From contig CP060230.1 in assembly GCA_023898605.1 (NCBI GenBank), forward strand, positions 241,662 through 305,661: 64,000 nucleotides of DNA. The letters run 5' to 3'. This stretch comes from Candidatus Nomurabacteria bacterium. GTDB taxonomy: Bacteria; Patescibacteriota; Minisyncoccia; Phycocordibacterales; UBA9973. The position numbers and the translations under genes were made by a program. The first letter of the stretch is position 1; every line of letters starts with the position of its first letter. The notes beneath the pieces were generated by a model. That model ran no database searches and had not been told where the DNA came from. It saw nothing but the letters and a program-made list of their open reading frames with translations. Below are positions 17,756 to 28,081 of the stretch, piece after piece.

Positions 17756-17893
17756 AGGTCCATATACTCGAAAAGTATCTGACGATAATAACCTTTTTTA
17801 TAAAAAAATTCAAGAGTATTAATATATAAAAATATAAAATACTTGACCTTTTATTATTTTATGTTAAAATACAAAAGAATAATAAAAGAAAAA

Positions 17894-18133
17894 ATGAAAA
17901 GACTGACCTTTGTATTACTGGTAAGTATTTTAATCTGTTCTTGTGGATCAACCATAACAGCTGTTGGAAACGGTGGTTTACCCAAGAACAAAAAGCGAGC
18001 TGCGCGAAAACAAATCAAATGCCCTCGTGTAGAGATGATCGACGCCATGAAATGGCGGACGGCGAGATACCTGCCGAAGCAGGATTTCGATCTCTTCGCA
18101 GAGGTGCCTTACGATTACGAATGGTATTACTAA
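17894..18133 (+). CDS. hypothetical lipoprotein
   Basis: Signal peptide with lipobox-like LICSCG. Terminator at 18154-18183. Confidence 0.5.
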   Translation: MKRLTFVLLVSILICSCGSTITAVGNGGLPKNKKRAARKQIKCPRVEMIDAMKWRTARYLPKQDFDLFAEVPYDYEWYY

Positions 18134-18248
18134 CCAGAACAACAAACCTAATAAAAGCCCTTGAAATCAGGGGCTTTTTTCTTTTCCCCCACCCTTGACT
18201 AATGACCATATTTCGTGTATAATATATAACGAAACAATTGAAAATTAA

Positions 18249-19709
18249 ATGAAACAGGAAATTGATTTTATAGGGATTTTTGCTTCCATTGAGGAGTACT
18301 TCCCTGTATTCATTCTAGTCCTTGCTGTTGCACTAATTATCGTTTTTCTGGTCAGAAAAAACTTCTTGAAAAGAAGTCCTGGTAACAGAAACCGGCAGCA
18401 AAGAAAAAAACTAAACTGGAAGAAAATTTTCTCCAGTATTTCAAAACCATTCCGGTATCTTTTACAAAAAGCCACGAGTGCAAAAAACACGGTCGGCAAA
18501 AAGCTCAAAAACTTTCGAATGAAGGTTAGAGAGTATTTCAAAAAGATACAGGAAAAAAAGAAAAAAAGGAGAAAAGAAATGAAAGAAAGATTTTCACAAG
18601 CTTACCAAAACCGTATGAGGTTTTGGTGGCAACTGGGAACATTGGCCTTTCTTTTGGCCATGGTTTTTCTGACTTACCTCTTCAATGCAAAAGAGGTCAT
18701 GTCCTACTTTGATCTTGGTCAATACCAGGATTGGTTTTTCACCGCCCTTTGTGCAATTGAAGTTGCAGTTCTTGCTGTATCTTTCAAACACGTAGGGGCT
18801 GAAGAAATCGGGGCGATATATTTCTTTGGAAAAGCTCTTGTTGAGCTTGATCGTGGCTACGGACTTGTTTTAGTAGTCCCGACATTCCAGTTATTAAAAG
18901 ACCCCGGAGGAATAATCCAACTTCAACTCCCTGGAGAGCCGGAAAATGTCTTCAAAGGAAGTGATGATGAACCATTACCTTCCGGTCTTGCTCCAAATGG
19001 AAAAGAGTGGGTTAGACCGATCAGAATCACAACAGCATCTCCTAAAACATCCGAAGGAGCAGATGACTCATACAAAAATGAAGATTTGCACCAACAGATG
19101 ACCATGCTTGCAAATGGTATTGTAAAATTCCGAATCAAAACCGGAAAATACCTATTCTTTAAGCAAAACATGGGCTCCATCGAAAAAGTCTCAAGACTTA
19201 TCAGAGATGATGCCGAGGCTGTTTGGTCAATCGAATTTGCAAAAATGACACCGGCCATGATTCTGAAAAAAAGAAAAGAAATCGATCAGAAACTCAAAAC
19301 CAAACTGGAGGAAACATTTTCCGTTCAGCCTGGTGAAGAGGACGATACTGACTCAGGGGTAGATATCCTTGAGTGTGTACTGCTCGAGCCAACGTTTCCA
19401 AAAAGAGTCTCCGAAGCACTTGCTAACAAAACACAAGCGACCATTGATAAACAAACAACGGTCACAAAGTCTGAAGGAGAAAGAGACGCCAGGAAAAACC
19501 AAGCAAAAGGTGACGCCGAATACGAAAGAAAAGTTGGTGAAGCCAAGAATGAGGTTTTAGAAAAGCAACTGGACATCGAAACCGGTGGAGACAAAACCAA
19601 AGCGGCAGAAGTAACTAAGGCAAAAGCTATCAGAGATTCTGATATCACAACCTTTGCCCCAGGTGGCGATGGTGGTGCAAGCATTTTAGTTGATAACCGT
19701 GGTAAATAA
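18249..19709 (+). CDS. SPFH/Band 7 domain membrane protein (flotillin/HflC-like) with charged coiled-coil tail
   Basis: N-terminal TM helices, then an SPFH-like core and an EA/K-rich C-terminus (EGERDARKNQAKGDAEYERKVGEAK). Confidence 0.6.
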   Translation: MKQEIDFIGIFASIEEYFPVFILVLAVALIIVFLVRKNFLKRSPGNRNRQQRKKLNWKKIFSSISKPFRYLLQKATSAKNTVGKKLKNFRMKVREYFKKIQEKKKKRRKEMKERFSQAYQNRMRFWWQLGTLAFLLAMVFLTYLFNAKEVMSYFDLGQYQDWFFTALCAIEVAVLAVSFKHVGAEEIGAIYFFGKALVELDRGYGLVLVVPTFQLLKDPGGIIQLQLPGEPENVFKGSDDEPLPSGLAPNGKEWVRPIRITTASPKTSEGADDSYKNEDLHQQMTMLANGIVKFRIKTGKYLFFKQNMGSIEKVSRLIRDDAEAVWSIEFAKMTPAMILKKRKEIDQKLKTKLEETFSVQPGEEDDTDSGVDILECVLLEPTFPKRVSEALANKTQATIDKQTTVTKSEGERDARKNQAKGDAEYERKVGEAKNEVLEKQLDIETGGDKTKAAEVTKAKAIRDSDITTFAPGGDGGASILVDNRGK

Positions 19710-19719
19710 GGAGGACTAA

Positions 19720-20247
19720 ATGGAAAATGTAATCAAGTTCATTCTGTTTTTCGTGGTTTTCTGGGTTGTCTACAGACGGCTCGTCAAAAAACCAATCTTC
19801 CCCTGGAAGATTGGTTCTGGATCGAGGTATTCAAGACCGAAGTTCAAGATTCCTGACATAACTGGAGGTATTATCATAGTGTTTGTCATCTTCTTTATCC
19901 TGTATGCTTTTATAAGCAGAGGACTCTCCACTATTGATAACGCAGTGAGCGTGAAAAGATCGGCCATAACTGAAATCAAGAAGCCAAAACCACCTTCTGT
20001 GGTGCCAGTAACGCTTAGTCCGAACACAAACCCGGTAGAAATCGAAATCGATGGAAATGGGTGGGAGTGTGATGGACATGGAAAGAGTTACGAAGTCTCA
20101 ACAGACGGTAGTGATTGGGTATCCCTACCAAAAGAAAGGTACCACGACTTCCCGAGAAAGGTTGAAAAAGTAAGGCTAATGCTGCCCGAAGGTGCAACAG
20201 AAACCATAACGGTTGATGTTACTATCTATGACGGGCCAAAGCCCTGA
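19720..20247 (+). CDS. small membrane protein downstream of the SPFH gene (NfeD-like partner?)
   Basis: Two TM helices then a beta-rich C-terminus. One of the few genes with a clear AAGGAGG SD. Confidence 0.45.
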   Translation: MENVIKFILFFVVFWVVYRRLVKKPIFPWKIGSGSRYSRPKFKIPDITGGIIIVFVIFFILYAFISRGLSTIDNAVSVKRSAITEIKKPKPPSVVPVTLSPNTNPVEIEIDGNGWECDGHGKSYEVSTDGSDWVSLPKERYHDFPRKVEKVRLMLPEGATETITVDVTIYDGPKP

Positions 20248-20337
20248 AAAAACCACAAAGGCGGTGCAAATGCACCGCCTTTTTTAATACTTGACTTCTT
20301 AGATAAAGTATGATATTATATAAAGAAATCGAAAGCT

Positions 20338-20715
20338 ATGAAAAATCTGATCTTTTTATTCACAATCTCTATTTTGGTGATTGTAGGAACGGGTTGTAAT
20401 GATTGCAATACCTGTAATCTTCCTCCCAAAAACGGGGATGGACAATATGGTGATCCAACCATTGGAATGGACCAAGTCCTCTACGGAAGACTATTTGCAG
20501 ATCCAGTGAGTCAAAGTTCCATATCGTTCACAGACCAATACAACAGGGTCTCAGTAGCGGAACACAACTCATACAATACATACCAAGATCTTCTGACCAG
20601 TTGCTACTACAACGGTTGGGAGAACGTGTCTATAACTGCAAGTCTGGTTGTACAAAGAGATCTGGACGGATTTGTAACAGACTACTATTACACTCTATCC
20701 GGAATATCACCGTAA
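20338..20715 (+). CDS. hypothetical lipoprotein
   Basis: Signal peptide ending in the VGTGC lipobox. Terminator at 20737-20771. Confidence 0.5.
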   Translation: MKNLIFLFTISILVIVGTGCNDCNTCNLPPKNGDGQYGDPTIGMDQVLYGRLFADPVSQSSISFTDQYNRVSVAEHNSYNTYQDLLTSCYYNGWENVSITASLVVQRDLDGFVTDYYYTLSGISP

Positions 20716-20819
20716 GATTGTGAATGCAAAATTTTGAAAGCCGAGCTCACAATTATTGAGTTCGGCTTTTTACATTGACATATACTATACTATATGATAT
20801 AATATAGAAAAACAACAAG

Positions 20820-21182
20820 ATGAAAAAAGTTCTTTTAGCAATCATTGCCCTTTTGTCATCAACAGTGATATTTGCCCAAAAAGCAGATTCTCTGTATCTT
20901 GGCGAAACAATCATCGGCTTTATAGATGCTGAAATCCTCACAAATAATAATATGAAAATTCCAATTTTCGTTGGGATAAGTGATGGAAGTATCAAAACAG
21001 TGCTCGCTCAAACGAGCATTGAGGGCCGAGATAAAATAAAAGAAAGAAGTAAAAATCTCGGATACGGAGAATATCTGGAGATCAGAGCTACGTGGAGTCA
21101 CGGATATCATTCATGGCTAACGGAAACCTGGATACCAGGAAAATATACGATATCAGTCGTAAAGCTCAAAAAAATTACTTGA
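20820..21182 (+). CDS. hypothetical secreted protein
   Basis: Cleavable signal peptide MKKVLLAIIALLSSTVIFAQ. Terminator at 21184-21214. Confidence 0.5.
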   Translation: MKKVLLAIIALLSSTVIFAQKADSLYLGETIIGFIDAEILTNNNMKIPIFVGISDGSIKTVLAQTSIEGRDKIKERSKNLGYGEYLEIRATWSHGYHSWLTETWIPGKYTISVVKLKKIT

Positions 21183-21221
21183 AAAAAGGCCGGAATAATC
21201 CGGCCTTTTCTTTTTTATTTC

Positions 21222-21521
21222 TTAGGGAATCTGAACGTCACTTCCAACTGTATTAGCTATTATACGAAGTATGGTGAATACAGAAACCATAATAAACATT
21301 CCTATTATTCCCCAAAGCATATGATTCTTACCGTTTTTTCTGGCTTGATCTGTCTTGATCGCTATAAACTCTATAACTCCATACAGGAAAACTATAAGAG
21401 CAACAGCAAACATAAGTATGATAAGCGGGTTTATGATATACGCGTTTATCTTGCCCACTATCTCTTTGACAACTGCGGGTGGTTCACCTGCAGCATATGC
21501 TTTTGGGATAAAATTAATCAT
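21222..21521 (-). CDS. T4SS-pilin-like (TrbC/VirB2-type) small membrane protein, paralog 1 of 5
   Basis: Two hydrophobic helices around a short basic loop (LYGVIEFIAIKTDQARKNGKNHMLWGIIGMFIM...ANTVG). Tandem with four similar genes. Confidence 0.55.
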   Translation of the reverse strand: MINFIPKAYAAGEPPAVVKEIVGKINAYIINPLIILMFAVALIVFLYGVIEFIAIKTDQARKNGKNHMLWGIIGMFIMVSVFTILRIIANTVGSDVQIP

Positions 21522-21531
21522 TCTTTAGAGA

Positions 21532-21891
21532 TTAAAGAGTTGGAATTTCTACTCCTGGGATATCACCTTCTATAATTGTTCCTCCTTGATCTATCTCAAA
21601 AGTATTTGAGATAACTCTTATAAGACCAAACACTGCAAGAATTACAAACAATCCGATGATACCAGAAATCATAACGTTTCTTCCCTTTTCTTTTGTACCG
21701 TCGTCTTTTGCGATAACGAACTGGATAACTCCCCAGATAAACACGATTATCGCTATTGTGATAAGAAACGGAATTATAGCACCAACAATTTCAGCTATAG
21801 TGTTAAATATATCTCCAGCGTCTGTTCCACCTGTTTGAGCAAAAGCCAAAAACGGTGTCAAAGCTATAGAGATTGGTAATATTTTTTTCAT
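21532..21891 (-). CDS. T4SS-pilin-like small membrane protein, paralog 2
   Basis: Signal peptide. FIWGVIQFVIAKDDGTKEKGRNVMISGIIGLFVILAVFGLIRVISNTF. Confidence 0.55.
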   Translation of the reverse strand: MKKILPISIALTPFLAFAQTGGTDAGDIFNTIAEIVGAIIPFLITIAIIVFIWGVIQFVIAKDDGTKEKGRNVMISGIIGLFVILAVFGLIRVISNTFEIDQGGTIIEGDIPGVEIPTL

Positions 21892-21976
21892 AATAATTTA
21901 TAAATTAAGAATTCTTATAAATAAACGAGTCTTATGAAAACTCTTGTTTACAAAGTGTATTATACCACAGTATGGG

Positions 21977-22447
21977 CTAGTATGTACCAGGGTCAGCTAC
22001 AGGGAGTTGTGGAATAGCGTTTTGCTGACCAAATGTGTTTGAGAGCACTGCTACAAGCCCCCACACAGAAAGCATGACGAAGAGTGCAAATATTCCCCAT
22101 AGTATATACTGAGCGCCCTCTTTTCTTTTTGAAGCGTTATCAGCATTTCTCATATACATAACAACTCCCCAGATAAACAATACTAGTGCAATAGCAAAAG
22201 CTAGAGGTACAAGAGCTTGAGTTATAAAACATATAACCCATATAACCAAACTTTTTAGATCTGTTAGTTCACTAGGACAAAAAGCGCTAGAAGAAGATTC
22301 TGAACCACTGGCTTCGAAAACAATATCTCCGGAGTCGCCAGATATGAAGATATCTGGACCAGGACCAGCAGCTAGAGCAAACGTCCCTACAAAAATTATG
22401 CTTAGCACCGCTATCGATATTAAGTTTTTATATATATTTCTTTTCAT
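21977..22447 (-). CDS. T4SS-pilin-like small membrane protein, paralog 3
   Basis: FIWGVVMYMRNADNASKRKEGAQYILWGIFALFVMLSVWGLVAVLSNTF. Confidence 0.55.
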   Translation of the reverse strand: MKRNIYKNLISIAVLSIIFVGTFALAAGPGPDIFISGDSGDIVFEASGSESSSSAFCPSELTDLKSLVIWVICFITQALVPLAFAIALVLFIWGVVMYMRNADNASKRKEGAQYILWGIFALFVMLSVWGLVAVLSNTFGQQNAIPQLPVADPGTY

Positions 22448-22450
22448 ATT

Positions 22451-22888
22451 TTAACAAGTTACACCGGGTTTTAGACAATCTATAGTTCCTCCCAGAACCT
22501 CAGCAAGTGTCCATGCGCCGAGTATTATAGCCGCACCGATAAGAGTCCACATAAGCGCTTTCTTCGCCTTTTCAAGCTCAGCAGGCTTTCCTCTGGCTAC
22601 CACAAACATAAATCCTGTGTAGATAACCATGAGTGTTATTATCGGAACCATTATAAATATAACAATATCCAGTATCTTGGATATAAGTACGGGTATAGAG
22701 TTTATCTCGTCTGAAAGTGGGTTGTTGAGTTGGAAATCTAGAGTTGCTGACTCTCCTGCACCAGAGGATCCTCCGTCTGGTCCACCACCAGACCCTCCAT
22801 CTTGTGCAAAAGAAACTCCAGACAAAATCAAAAACCATGTCATTGATATTAGAACTATTTTTTTCAAAGATTTTTTGTTCACATTCAT
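22451..22888 (-). CDS. T4SS-pilin-like small membrane protein, paralog 4 (Gly/Ser-rich N-terminal region)
   Basis: Same TM-loop-TM architecture (GFMFVVARGKPAELEKAKKALMWTLIGAAIILGAW). Confidence 0.5.
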   Translation of the reverse strand: MNVNKKSLKKIVLISMTWFLILSGVSFAQDGGSGGGPDGGSSGAGESATLDFQLNNPLSDEINSIPVLISKILDIVIFIMVPIITLMVIYTGFMFVVARGKPAELEKAKKALMWTLIGAAIILGAWTLAEVLGGTIDCLKPGVTC

Positions 22889-22897
22889 ATTATAGTA

Positions 22898-23320
22898 TTA
22901 CCCTTCTAGATAAATCAATTCTGGATCAACACCTAGCATAGTCATGAGCGTATATATAGCTAGCCAAGCAGCAAGAGCTATAACAAGTCCCCACAATACA
23001 TTCCAGAAAATCTTCTTGGCCTTCGAGACATTTCCAGGGTTTGACCCTGCTGTAAGGTATAGAAATCCGGCATACATAAACGCCAGCGCAGCAAGAGGCA
23101 TAGCAATAGTAAATAGAAGAAAATCTATAACATTCTCCATTGTTCCTATAACAAATTCAAAGTTGCACGGATATTCTGGATTGCCATCAGCTCCATAACC
23201 ACCGCAATGGACCAAGCCAACAGGCTCTGTTGTGTATGTTGTTTCTGCGTGAGCAAAACTACCAAAGAAAACGGTAGATATAACTGCCAACATTATAGAA
23301 AATAAAATTACTTTTTTCAT
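22898..23320 (-). CDS. T4SS-pilin-like small membrane protein, paralog 5
   Basis: Signal peptide. AGFLYLTAGSNPGNVSKAKKIFWNVLWGLVIALAAW. Confidence 0.5.
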   Translation of the reverse strand: MKKVILFSIMLAVISTVFFGSFAHAETTYTTEPVGLVHCGGYGADGNPEYPCNFEFVIGTMENVIDFLLFTIAMPLAALAFMYAGFLYLTAGSNPGNVSKAKKIFWNVLWGLVIALAAWLAIYTLMTMLGVDPELIYLEG

Positions 23321-23329
23321 ACTTATATT

Positions 23330-24643
23330 TTATCTCAAAAGATTATCCAGGGCATCATTTGCTCTCTTGAGTGCACCTTCTGGTGAATAAAATCCTGTTG
23401 TTACGTCTTTGATCATGTTTTGGAATATTCCACTTGTAGATGTCGGATTTGGATCATACCAACTTCTCGCCAAAAGCGCTGATTGATAGAAAGAGTTTAT
23501 ATACGGATCTGCTGGAAGCGATGAAAGTAGATCTCTTCTAACTGGTATTGTTTTCAAAAAACTAGACAAAAGTGCAACCGAGTCAGAAGAAGACAGGTCT
23601 TGTGCTATGTAGAAAGCAGCGGTTCTTTGTGCTGTGTTTCTTGTTGTTGTGATTCCATATACACGCCCAAAAGTAAGATCATTAGAAGAAGACTCTAGTT
23701 GTGGTATACGAGTTACATCAAAGTTTAGGTTTGGGTTCTTGGCTCTTATGTCATAAACTTCGCTCGCGTATCCTATATACATAGCCAAGTTCCCTGCTAT
23801 AAAATAATCTTTTGAATCAGGAAGAGATTTGCTCCAAGAAAAGTAATCGCTAGAAGGGTTAGAGAAGTCTGTATAGAACCTTATGATACTCGCTCCAGGA
23901 GATTCTCCGCCAGAAGTTGTAGCAGAAAGAGTACTGTAGTAACTACCGTCTGAATCACGAGTTACTATCTTGTTTCCTGTTTGTATAAAGAACATAGAAA
24001 GTATGTCCTTGGCATGAGTCACGTTGTCGTATTCTCCTAGAGATATAGCGCTTTTAGAAAGTATGCCTTGAGAAGTTTTTTCTGAAAGAGTTGGTACGAT
24101 CTTGTAAAGATCTCCCCAAGTAGCCGGCGGAGAAACAATACCCGCAGAATTGAACATGTCTCTATTCCAATAAAGAACCAACGGGTCGATAGTAAGCGGG
24201 AATGCCATAACACCGTCATTTCCTAGAAATAGTTCTGCGCCTTCTACAAACGTATTTCTATAAGTTCTAAGTGGGTATGTATCAAAAGATGTTGTAAACG
24301 ATTTGTTCAAATCTCGGAGAAGTGTATCGCTTGTAACCATAAACATATCTGGACCATTTCCCGAAGCAAGTGCCTCAGATAGATCTGCTCCAAATGTTGC
24401 GTAGTTTTTCTCTACATAAGAGATTGTCAGATTCTCGTACTTGGATTGTATAGGAGATATAACTTCCCTCATTGTAGAGCTTGGGAAAAATCCCCATATA
24501 ACAACTTTTCCAGAAAGTGTATCGGCTTGGTTTTTACTACCCAAGTTTATAGCACCAGAAAAAATCATCACAGCGATTATGATTATAAAACCAAACGCTA
24601 CAAGTAAAATTATTTGAAATGGTGATATTTTATTTGCTCCCAT
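23330..24643 (-). CDS. membrane-anchored extracellular solute-binding protein (ABC-transporter SBP family 1-like)
   Basis: N-terminal TM anchor and SBP-like fold. Immediately downstream (same strand) of the pilin-like array. Confidence 0.5.
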   Translation of the reverse strand: MGANKISPFQIILLVAFGFIIIIAVMIFSGAINLGSKNQADTLSGKVVIWGFFPSSTMREVISPIQSKYENLTISYVEKNYATFGADLSEALASGNGPDMFMVTSDTLLRDLNKSFTTSFDTYPLRTYRNTFVEGAELFLGNDGVMAFPLTIDPLVLYWNRDMFNSAGIVSPPATWGDLYKIVPTLSEKTSQGILSKSAISLGEYDNVTHAKDILSMFFIQTGNKIVTRDSDGSYYSTLSATTSGGESPGASIIRFYTDFSNPSSDYFSWSKSLPDSKDYFIAGNLAMYIGYASEVYDIRAKNPNLNFDVTRIPQLESSSNDLTFGRVYGITTTRNTAQRTAAFYIAQDLSSSDSVALLSSFLKTIPVRRDLLSSLPADPYINSFYQSALLARSWYDPNPTSTSGIFQNMIKDVTTGFYSPEGALKRANDALDNLLR

Positions 24644-24645
24644 AA

Positions 24646-25179
24646 TTATTGGCTTTTCAATATTATCCCATAGTGATGAGCACCTGCGTCAAACTCCTTT
24701 TCCACATTCATGCCAAATTTCATAAATAAATCTTTTGCATCTGTCTTTGTGAAAAGGTGATCCTTGTGTGGACCGATACCACCCCAAGAGTCTGTCCAAT
24801 CTATAACAACTATTCTTCCGCCCTTTTTTAGTGTTCTAGTAGCTTCTTTTATTGCACCAAACTTATCTTCTACAAGAAACAATGTGTTTGCAAAAAAAAC
24901 AAAATCTAGAAATCCATCGTTTATTTTTGTACCGTTTTTCTTCTCGATATCACCCCAGATAACTGTAGTGTTTTCGTATACACCTTCTTTGACTTCTTTC
25001 TCTAGCCTGTCACAAATACTTTTCTGCACATCGACAGCAAAAACTCTACCAGTAGTACCAACTATTGGTCCAAGAACTTTTGTAAAACCACCTGTCCCAC
25101 ATCCAAAGTCACCCACTTTGTGACCCTCGTGAACTTTTATTTCTTTCAACGCTTTTTTAGGATCTAGGAAATCTTGCAT
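24646..25179 (-). CDS. class I SAM-dependent methyltransferase
   Basis: DFGCGTG SAM-binding motif. Confidence 0.7.
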   Translation of the reverse strand: MQDFLDPKKALKEIKVHEGHKVGDFGCGTGGFTKVLGPIVGTTGRVFAVDVQKSICDRLEKEVKEGVYENTTVIWGDIEKKNGTKINDGFLDFVFFANTLFLVEDKFGAIKEATRTLKKGGRIVVIDWTDSWGGIGPHKDHLFTKTDAKDLFMKFGMNVEKEFDAGAHHYGIILKSQ

Positions 25180-25184
25180 AGTCT

Positions 25185-27665
25185 TTATATTGTAGTGACA
25201 GAAGCGATAGCGTCTCCTGCTCTTAGTTTCATAATAGAAACTCCTTGAGTTTGTCTACCTAGGCTAGGTACTGATTCTAGTTTTACTCTGATCACTTGAC
25301 CCTTTTTGCTCATAGCGATCATTTCTTCTTCATCTCTTACAACTCTACCTACAATTATCGGACCTGTTTTTTCTGTAACTTTTGCAGTTTTTACTCCTCC
25401 ACCTCCACGCTTTTGTGCTTTGTATTCTGTGATCTTTGTTTTCTTTCCAAGACCGTTTTTACTCATAACTAGAAGCTCTGCATCTTTTTCGTTCTTTTCA
25501 ACTACCACCGCACCGACAATCTCGTCTCCTTTCTTTAGACTCATGCCTTTTACTCCACCAGCTGCTCTACCCATTTCACGCAAATCTGTAGAACGGAATC
25601 TGATAGACATACCCTCGTGTGATACAAGTACGACGTCTTTGTCCTTGTCGACAGCTCTAACTGCAACTAGTTCATCGTCTTTTGCGAGTTTGATAGATAT
25701 GATTCCGCTTCTTCTTACATCTTTGAAACTTTCTGCGCTAACCTTTTTACCGACTCCATTTTTTGTAATCATAACGAGTTCTGTTATGGCATCCTTCTTT
25801 CCTTTTTCTATTGGAAGAATAGAAGTGACTCTTTCTTCTCCATCGAGTGACAAGAAGTTCATTATAGATTTACCTTTTGTTGCACGCTTTCCTTCTGGCA
25901 AATCATACATCTTGATCTGGTAAGCCTTACCTCTGTTGGTGAAGAATAGTAGATCACTGTGCGTACTTGCCTGAACAAGCATAGTTACGAAATCTTCCTC
26001 TTTTGTTTCGAGATCTATAACTCCAACGCCACCTCTTTTCTGTGAGCGGTATTCACTAGGATCAGTTCTTTTTACATAACCACCTTGTGTAAATACCAAA
26101 ACAGAATCTTTTTCTGGGATAAGATCTTCATCACTTATAGATTTGACTCCACCTTTTACAAGTTTTGTTCTTCTTTCGTCACCGTACTTTTCTTTTATTT
26201 CTACAAGTTCGTCTTCGATAGTTTTCAGAATCTTTTTTGGACTAGCCAAAAGCGCTTCGAGTTCTGCAATAAGTTTTTGTTTTTCTTTTAGTTCTTCTTC
26301 GACTTGCTTTCTTTCTAGACCTGCAAGCTTCTGAAGTCTCATATCTAAAATCGCGTCTGTTTGCAAATCTGAGAATTTGAATTCTTTCATCAACTTTACT
26401 TTTGCTTCAGATGCGTCTTTTGATCCTCGTATGATACTTATTATCTTGTCGATATGATCAAGAGCCTTCTTTAGTCCGAGAAGTATATGTTCTCTATCTT
26501 TTGCTTTCCTTAGATCAAACTCTGTTCTTCTTCTTACAACTTCTTTTCTGTGCTCTATGAAATTTTCAAGAAGTCCCTTTAGAGATAGAAGTTCTGGAGT
26601 ACCTTTGACAAGAGCAAGCATATTGAAGTTGAAGTTTTGTTCTAGCTGAGTGTGCTTGTATAGATAATTCAAAACTTTCTGTGGGTGTGCGCCGCTCTTG
26701 AGGTCTATCACCACCTTTATATCTTTTGTAGACAGGTCACGTATGTCTTTGATACCTTCTATCTTCTTTTGCTGAACCAAATCAGCAATAGAGGTTATAA
26801 GGTTTGATTTCTTAACCTGAAAAGGTATAGAAGTTATAACGATTTGGAATTGTCCGGTTTTTACTTCTACAACTTCTGCCACACCACGAGTCACAATACC
26901 GCCTCTTCCTGTTCTGTATGCCTGCTCTATCTCTTTCTTGCCATAGATTATTCCACCAACTGGAAAATCTGGACCCTGTATAAACTCACATAGATCCTCT
27001 ACGTTTGCATCTTTGTTATTTATGAGGTGAACTGTTGCATCTATAACTTCACTTAGATTGTGTGGTGGTATAGCAGTTGCCATACCCACAGCAATACCCA
27101 TAGTTCCGTTTAGAAGAAGTGCTGGAACAGCCGCTGGTAAAACAGCCGGTTCTTTTCTAGATGCGTCATAGTTTGGTCTCCAGTCTACGGTATCTTTATC
27201 GAGATCTTTGAGCATCAAAGTAGCGATCTTTGTCATTCTTGCTTCTGTATAACGCATAGCAGCTGCTCCGTCTCCGTCGATAGAACCGAAGTTACCTTGT
27301 CCAAGAACAAGCGGATATCTATAAGAAAAATCTTGTGCCATGTTCACCATCGAATCATAAACAGCAGTATCTCCATGAGGGTGATACTTTCCGAGAACGT
27401 CTCCAACTACTGCTGCAGACTTCTTGGGTTTAGATGTAGGAGAAAGACTCATCTCGTTCATAGCATATAGAATTCTTCTATGAACGGGCTTCAAACCATC
27501 TCTTACGTCTGGAAGAGCACGAGAAGTTATAACGCTCATAGCATAAGAAATATAAGACTCCTGCATCTCTTCTACTATAGACTTTGGCACTACTGAAGAA
27601 GCGAGAACTAGTCCCCCTTCATCTTTCTTGTTATCGTCGTTTTTCTCTACTTTTTTCTTTGGCAT
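25185..27665 (-). CDS. gyrA: DNA gyrase subunit A
   Basis: Active-site region [28 protein letters not shown]. GyrA box and C-terminal beta-pinwheel repeats. Confidence 0.9.
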   Translation of the reverse strand: MPKKKVEKNDDNKKDEGGLVLASSVVPKSIVEEMQESYISYAMSVITSRALPDVRDGLKPVHRRILYAMNEMSLSPTSKPKKSAAVVGDVLGKYHPHGDTAVYDSMVNMAQDFSYRYPLVLGQGNFGSIDGDGAAAMRYTEARMTKIATLMLKDLDKDTVDWRPNYDASRKEPAVLPAAVPALLLNGTMGIAVGMATAIPPHNLSEVIDATVHLINNKDANVEDLCEFIQGPDFPVGGIIYGKKEIEQAYRTGRGGIVTRGVAEVVEVKTGQFQIVITSIPFQVKKSNLITSIADLVQQKKIEGIKDIRDLSTKDIKVVIDLKSGAHPQKVLNYLYKHTQLEQNFNFNMLALVKGTPELLSLKGLLENFIEHRKEVVRRRTEFDLRKAKDREHILLGLKKALDHIDKIISIIRGSKDASEAKVKLMKEFKFSDLQTDAILDMRLQKLAGLERKQVEEELKEKQKLIAELEALLASPKKILKTIEDELVEIKEKYGDERRTKLVKGGVKSISDEDLIPEKDSVLVFTQGGYVKRTDPSEYRSQKRGGVGVIDLETKEEDFVTMLVQASTHSDLLFFTNRGKAYQIKMYDLPEGKRATKGKSIMNFLSLDGEERVTSILPIEKGKKDAITELVMITKNGVGKKVSAESFKDVRRSGIISIKLAKDDELVAVRAVDKDKDVVLVSHEGMSIRFRSTDLREMGRAAGGVKGMSLKKGDEIVGAVVVEKNEKDAELLVMSKNGLGKKTKITEYKAQKRGGGGVKTAKVTEKTGPIIVGRVVRDEEEMIAMSKKGQVIRVKLESVPSLGRQTQGVSIMKLRAGDAIASVTTI

Positions 27666-27690
27666 ATATACTTACTCTTATTATATCAAA

Positions 27691-28077
27691 TTATTGTCCT
27701 CCTTCTGTATTGAGAGATCTCTGCTCTACAAAATCGTACTGACTAACTGTTCCTGTTTGTGTTGTGTCAGAAGCACTATCTATAGAGTTTGAACCTAGTG
27801 CGTCATAAACACTTTGCGAATCATCTTGCCCAGAAAGTGGTGTGCTCTTCAATATGTTTCCAACAACAGAACTTATCATCTTGAGTGGACCACTGCCTTC
27901 CTTTTCTGTTTTTGCAGTATAAGTCGATTCTTGCTTTTCTTTTGCATAAGTTCCAAAAGAAAGATCCAAAACCCAGCCCATAAACAGTAGTACGAAACAA
28001 ACTCCCATAACTATATAAGTTATACGCTGTTTTACGTGATCAGGTTTTGATCTAAGTTTTTGAACAAGCGATTTCAT
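27691..28077 (-). CDS. hypothetical membrane protein
   Basis: Single N-proximal TM helix. Confidence 0.4.
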   Translation of the reverse strand: MKSLVQKLRSKPDHVKQRITYIVMGVCFVLLFMGWVLDLSFGTYAKEKQESTYTAKTEKEGSGPLKMISSVVGNILKSTPLSGQDDSQSVYDALGSNSIDSASDTTQTGTVSQYDFVEQRSLNTEGGQ

Positions 28078-28081
28078 TTCT

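Noticed and set aside
17601-17813. 70-aa minus-strand ORF
   Set aside because: Coincides with the two tandem 79-nt hairpin repeats next to tRNA-Lys. Repeat-derived.
25306-25923. 205-aa plus-strand ORF and smaller ORFs at 26085-26334
   Set aside because: Antisense to gyrA. Low-complexity Ser/Thr/Phe composition.
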